Below the pieces are notes generated by a model that was given only the letters and a program-made list of their open reading frames with translations, was not told the origin of the DNA and made no database searches. Of a stretch of DNA of 64,000 nt, positions 60,951 to 64,000 are shown piece after piece. Made by a program: the position numbers and the translations under genes. Numbering within the stretch: the first letter of the stretch is position 1; each line of letters opens with the position of its first letter. Location: IMG/VR virus record IMGVR_UViG_3300032236_000747, positions 62,001 through 126,000 of that record; one strand, 5' to 3'.

Positions 60951-62948
60951 CTCAGTAGGGTACGGATCTCCGATTAGGATCAAGTGAACTTTATCTTTAT
61001 AGCCCAATGGCCATGCTAGGCCACAAGGTTCTAATATACCCAAGGCATAAAGTTCAGGTGCCTGTGGTGTATCACATCCAAGTCCCTTCATGTGAGCACT
61101 AGTCCCGCCGGCTGCTGGATTAACAGGAGTTGTAATGCCACCTGCTGTAGGATTAGACGGACCGCCGCCTGCGGCTTTCCATCTATCATAGATATTTTGT
61201 TGTTCCTGTTTACTTCTAAATGAACTTGTTAATACCAACGGTTTGCCTGTTGCTTTCTGATATGTGTCAGCCGCTTGTTGAATAGCTTTTTGTAGGCCAG
61301 GTGTTGCCTGTAAAAAGTGAGCTTGATCTCCAGATCCTTGAGTAAATGATATAGAGTTAGACGAGTTAGAAGAAGGAGACCACGAGCCGTCAATAGGTTT
61401 TGCTAGTGAGACTTTAAGCGGTTGGGCTACTGTAGAACTAGCTGTACTAACTGATGCGGCGCCCGGTCTGTTATTTGTATTAATAGACGAATATGCCACA
61501 GGATCATTATTTTCGTGTTGGCTCCACGGCTCATGCACAGGTACACGCAACATTGTTGTTAATAGTGTACCGGCATTATAATGACTGTTGGCTGACCAAC
61601 CTGCTCCGGAGTTATTATAAGGAACAGTGTTTAACGGAATAGCCGAGGCCGCGTTTGTAACAGCAGTTGACGCAGATGGTGGGTTAGATTCTACCTGTAC
61701 CGATGGCGTGTTTATAACCCCGGTTATATTAGCTGTAGGAGCTGTTAAGTTTACTAGGTTACCGGTTAGCCCGATCTCGCCGCTGCCAGTAACTAAGAAA
61801 CCAGCATCAGTTGCTATATTAACTGAAGATTTACTCTTCATATAGATGCCGCCGGACGACGATGTTATTAACGCATCATTTGTTACTAATGCAGATAGGC
61901 TATTACTAACATCCATGTTTAGATTCTGAAATGCTTTAATGTTAACGTCTTGACCGGCTTCAATATTAAAGTTGCGGTCAGCACGTAAATTAAAATCTGC
62001 TTCAGTATGAATGCTTACACTATCCTGAGCAAATATATCTATCTTACCATTGCTGGTCATTTCAATCCAAGCAGTTCCTTGACTGTTTGTTATGTAAACA
62101 AGGTCCTGAGTATTATGTAGTAATATCTGTATACCGTTTCTAGTACGCAATCTTATTAACTCATTATCTCCGTTTACATCACCGTCGTCCATGACAAATG
62201 TGTTGCCACCTAATCTACTAGCAGGCAATGTTGATAGAGATTCCCCACCATAACTATCATTTCTCTTTAAGAAGTTATCTGAGTTTACATCAAAAGGACC
62301 AGGTGTTGAGATTCCAAAAACAGAACTAGGGCTTTCTCTTCTAGCACTGCTTGATGTTCCACCCCTTACTCGATCATACAATAATCCTTGGCTAGCCAAC
62401 TGTATAGCAAATGGATGTATAGGAGGAATGTTGCTTAGACTACCTGTTCTAGCTTTATTAACTTCTGCCACAGGCAAATAGTATGTTGAACTAGTACCAG
62501 ACTGCGGGTCACTTCCGTAAAACTGTTGATCAGACTGTGTTAATGCTGTAGAAGGAAGTTCTACTGAACCGATACCAGGTATCATTTGGTTAGCAAATCT
62601 ATCTGTTACGCAACCAAACCAATATCCCTGACTTATATATCCTTCGATAAAAAATACCATAACCGTGCTGCCAGGATCAGGCGGAACCATCCACATGCCG
62701 TAGCTTTTTTGTGTGCTATTGAATCCTGCGTTATCCTGGTTAAACATTACATTGGTGCTACCTGCATAAGGGCTTACATGTCTAACTTTTACAAGCTGGC
62801 CGTCAATGTCATCGGGATTGTCTACATATCCGCGGATAAGGGCAACTTCTAAACGCCCCTGGAATTGAGTGTCAATAGTATTCTTAACAATGGCCAAATA
62901 AGGTCCAGGGTGTTTTAATCGTTTAGATGATCTCGTTAACTCTGCCAT
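60948..62948 (-). CDS. Baseplate hub/spike protein (gp5/VgrG-like) with a C-terminal M15 Zn-peptidase domain
   Basis: N-terminal OB fold (GPYLAIVKN...GRLEVAL...YGMWMVPPDPGSTVMVFF), a beta-helix region (GKIDIFAQDSVSIHTEADFNLRA), and C-terminal TSSFRS...SAHMKGLGCD...DKVH. Confidence 0.82.
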   Translation of the reverse strand: MAELTRSSKRLKHPGPYLAIVKNTIDTQFQGRLEVALIRGYVDNPDDIDGQLVKVRHVSPYAGSTNVMFNQDNAGFNSTQKSYGMWMVPPDPGSTVMVFFIEGYISQGYWFGCVTDRFANQMIPGIGSVELPSTALTQSDQQFYGSDPQSGTSSTYYLPVAEVNKARTGSLSNIPPIHPFAIQLASQGLLYDRVRGGTSSSARRESPSSVFGISTPGPFDVNSDNFLKRNDSYGGESLSTLPASRLGGNTFVMDDGDVNGDNELIRLRTRNGIQILLHNTQDLVYITNSQGTAWIEMTSNGKIDIFAQDSVSIHTEADFNLRADRNFNIEAGQDVNIKAFQNLNMDVSNSLSALVTNDALITSSSGGIYMKSKSSVNIATDAGFLVTGSGEIGLTGNLVNLTAPTANITGVINTPSVQVESNPPSASTAVTNAASAIPLNTVPYNNSGAGWSANSHYNAGTLLTTMLRVPVHEPWSQHENNDPVAYSSINTNNRPGAASVSTASSTVAQPLKVSLAKPIDGSWSPSSNSSNSISFTQGSGDQAHFLQATPGLQKAIQQAADTYQKATGKPLVLTSSFRSKQEQQNIYDRWKAAGGGPSNPTAGGITTPVNPAAGGTSAHMKGLGCDTPQAPELYALGILEPCGLAWPLGYKDKVHLILIGDPYPTE

Positions 62949-64000
62949 TTATTGTCCTTGCTGCGTTGGAGTATTTTGTATGTTTGCTGCATCACGTTTT
63001 ATTAACGCATTGATTTCATCCGATGCTGCTTTATCAACTAAAACGTCTGACGGCTCGCTGTTAATACGTAATACTTTTAGCTTCTGTGTAAAAACTCCAC
63101 TTTGAAAATGATTTATAATCTCAACTATTCTATAAAGACCGCTGAACTCTGCCGAAGTATTATCAAGAGCTAGACCTGTATCTTTACCAACATCAATAAT
63201 ACTGTTAACATTTATTTGAATGTATATATCAGCAGTTTGATGATCGGCATCGCCTGTATCTGTTATTCCTAGATTTTCTGGATCAGCATTAGAAACTATA
63301 TTGCCAATACCACCTTGTATTAGATAATATGGATCGCCCATAATATCAATATCAACATTTAACATATTAACTTCTTCTAGTAATGCTTGATGAACATTTT
63401 TAGCAGATACTGACCAAGGGTCCGAAGGAAGAGGGCCAGTGTTTTCACCAACAACTTCAACATTGGCAGACTTATACAATGTTCGCATGTGTATCGGTCT
63501 AAACTGATTGGTCTTTTTATTTGCTACAGGGTCTATATAAGACTTATCTTTATTAACATCTGATTCTGCTTCAAGTGTAGTAGCACCTTTTAGATTAGAT
63601 AAGTTTTTATTATATCCTTGATTAATAGACTGTGTTTGGAAAAATAAGTTATTATATTTTAGATTAAAAGATAAAACTTCTGTATTTTTACCTGTATAAA
63701 GGTAGTTGTATGTTCTTCTTACTCGTTTTGTAAAATCTGAATAAGCTATTTCTTTTGATTGATATTCAGGCAATCTACTTAAATGAACTTTATAAGGATA
63801 CACACTATAAACGTGATGATTAACTCCTATCCCGTTAACAGTATCATATTGGCTGTTAGGACTAGGAAAACTTTGTATAGATACATAAAAATACTCAAAC
63901 ATGTTATCTTTATCTAGGCCGCCGCCACTTGGTATTTGAGATAATCTTTCTCGTACCAAAGCACAATCTCTTAAAATAGCAGATATACAATCTGATATAT
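62949..64000 (-). CDS. Tail/baseplate hub protein (5'-truncated by the window edge)
   Basis: The frame is open to the window end. YNYLYTGKNTEVLSFNLKYN, IDIMGDPYYL and FSGLYRIVEIINHFQSGVFTQKL resemble gp27/late-control-D hub C-termini. Confidence 0.65.
   Translation of the reverse strand, partial: ISDCISAILRDCALVRERLSQIPSGGGLDKDNMFEYFYVSIQSFPSPNSQYDTVNGIGVNHHVYSVYPYKVHLSRLPEYQSKEIAYSDFTKRVRRTYNYLYTGKNTEVLSFNLKYNNLFFQTQSINQGYNKNLSNLKGATTLEAESDVNKDKSYIDPVANKKTNQFRPIHMRTLYKSANVEVVGENTGPLPSDPWSVSAKNVHQALLEEVNMLNVDIDIMGDPYYLIQGGIGNIVSNADPENLGITDTGDADHQTADIYIQINVNSIIDVGKDTGLALDNTSAEFSGLYRIVEIINHFQSGVFTQKLKVLRINSEPSDVLVDKAASDEINALIKRDAANIQNTPTQQGQ

Noticed and set aside
598-61845. Many short overlapping or antisense ORFs in the six-frame track (e.g. 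2750-2962, 3201-3755, 8584-9018, 10787-11293, 33736-34029, 41770-42099, 47560-47919, 58314-58598)
   Set aside because: They lie within long, motif-supported genes on another frame or strand and have no Shine-Dalgarno or recognisable motifs, so they are treated as shadow ORFs.
1-64000. Stop-codon reassignment (seen in some large phages)
   Set aside because: Genes are full-length and densely packed under the standard code, and TAA, TGA and TAG all terminate genes.
1-64000. CRISPR array, tRNA genes, integrase/transposase, introns or inteins
   Set aside because: No regularly spaced repeats, cloverleaf-compatible gaps or recombinase motifs were seen. polB and thyA are uninterrupted and of normal length.

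Overview
This window is part of a large, AT-rich, T4-like (contractile-tailed) bacteriophage genome in the standard genetic code. It has two convergent halves. The + strand (1-34899) carries a proteostasis trio (DnaJ, peptide deformylase, ClpA-like ATPase) and a late block of probable capsid-packaged proteins (two pol-beta-type nucleotidyltransferases, a HIGH-type cytidylyltransferase-like domain, Dps). It continues with replication genes (DsbA-like, family-B DNA polymerase, sliding clamp, RNase H, ThyA), a MoxR/VWA pair, and a 7-deazaguanine DNA-modification cluster (TGT/DpdA-like, QueD-like, FolE, QueE) interleaved with a glycosyltransferase, a truncated NDP-sugar dehydrogenase, a cupin, MazG and an FkbM methyltransferase. 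The - strand (34896-64000) is a tail/baseplate module: four paralogous fibre proteins, a 4579-aa giant protein, and gp6-, gp25- and gp5-like proteins, the last with an M15 peptidase domain. Sigma70-type early promoters and TAAATA late promoters are visible. The best leads are a possibly glycosylated 7-deazaguanine DNA modification, a block of T4-style capsid-targeted and protease-punctuated polyproteins carrying enzymes, and two candidate structured RNA leaders (upstream of polB and folE). All calls come from motif recognition by eye; no database searches were run.
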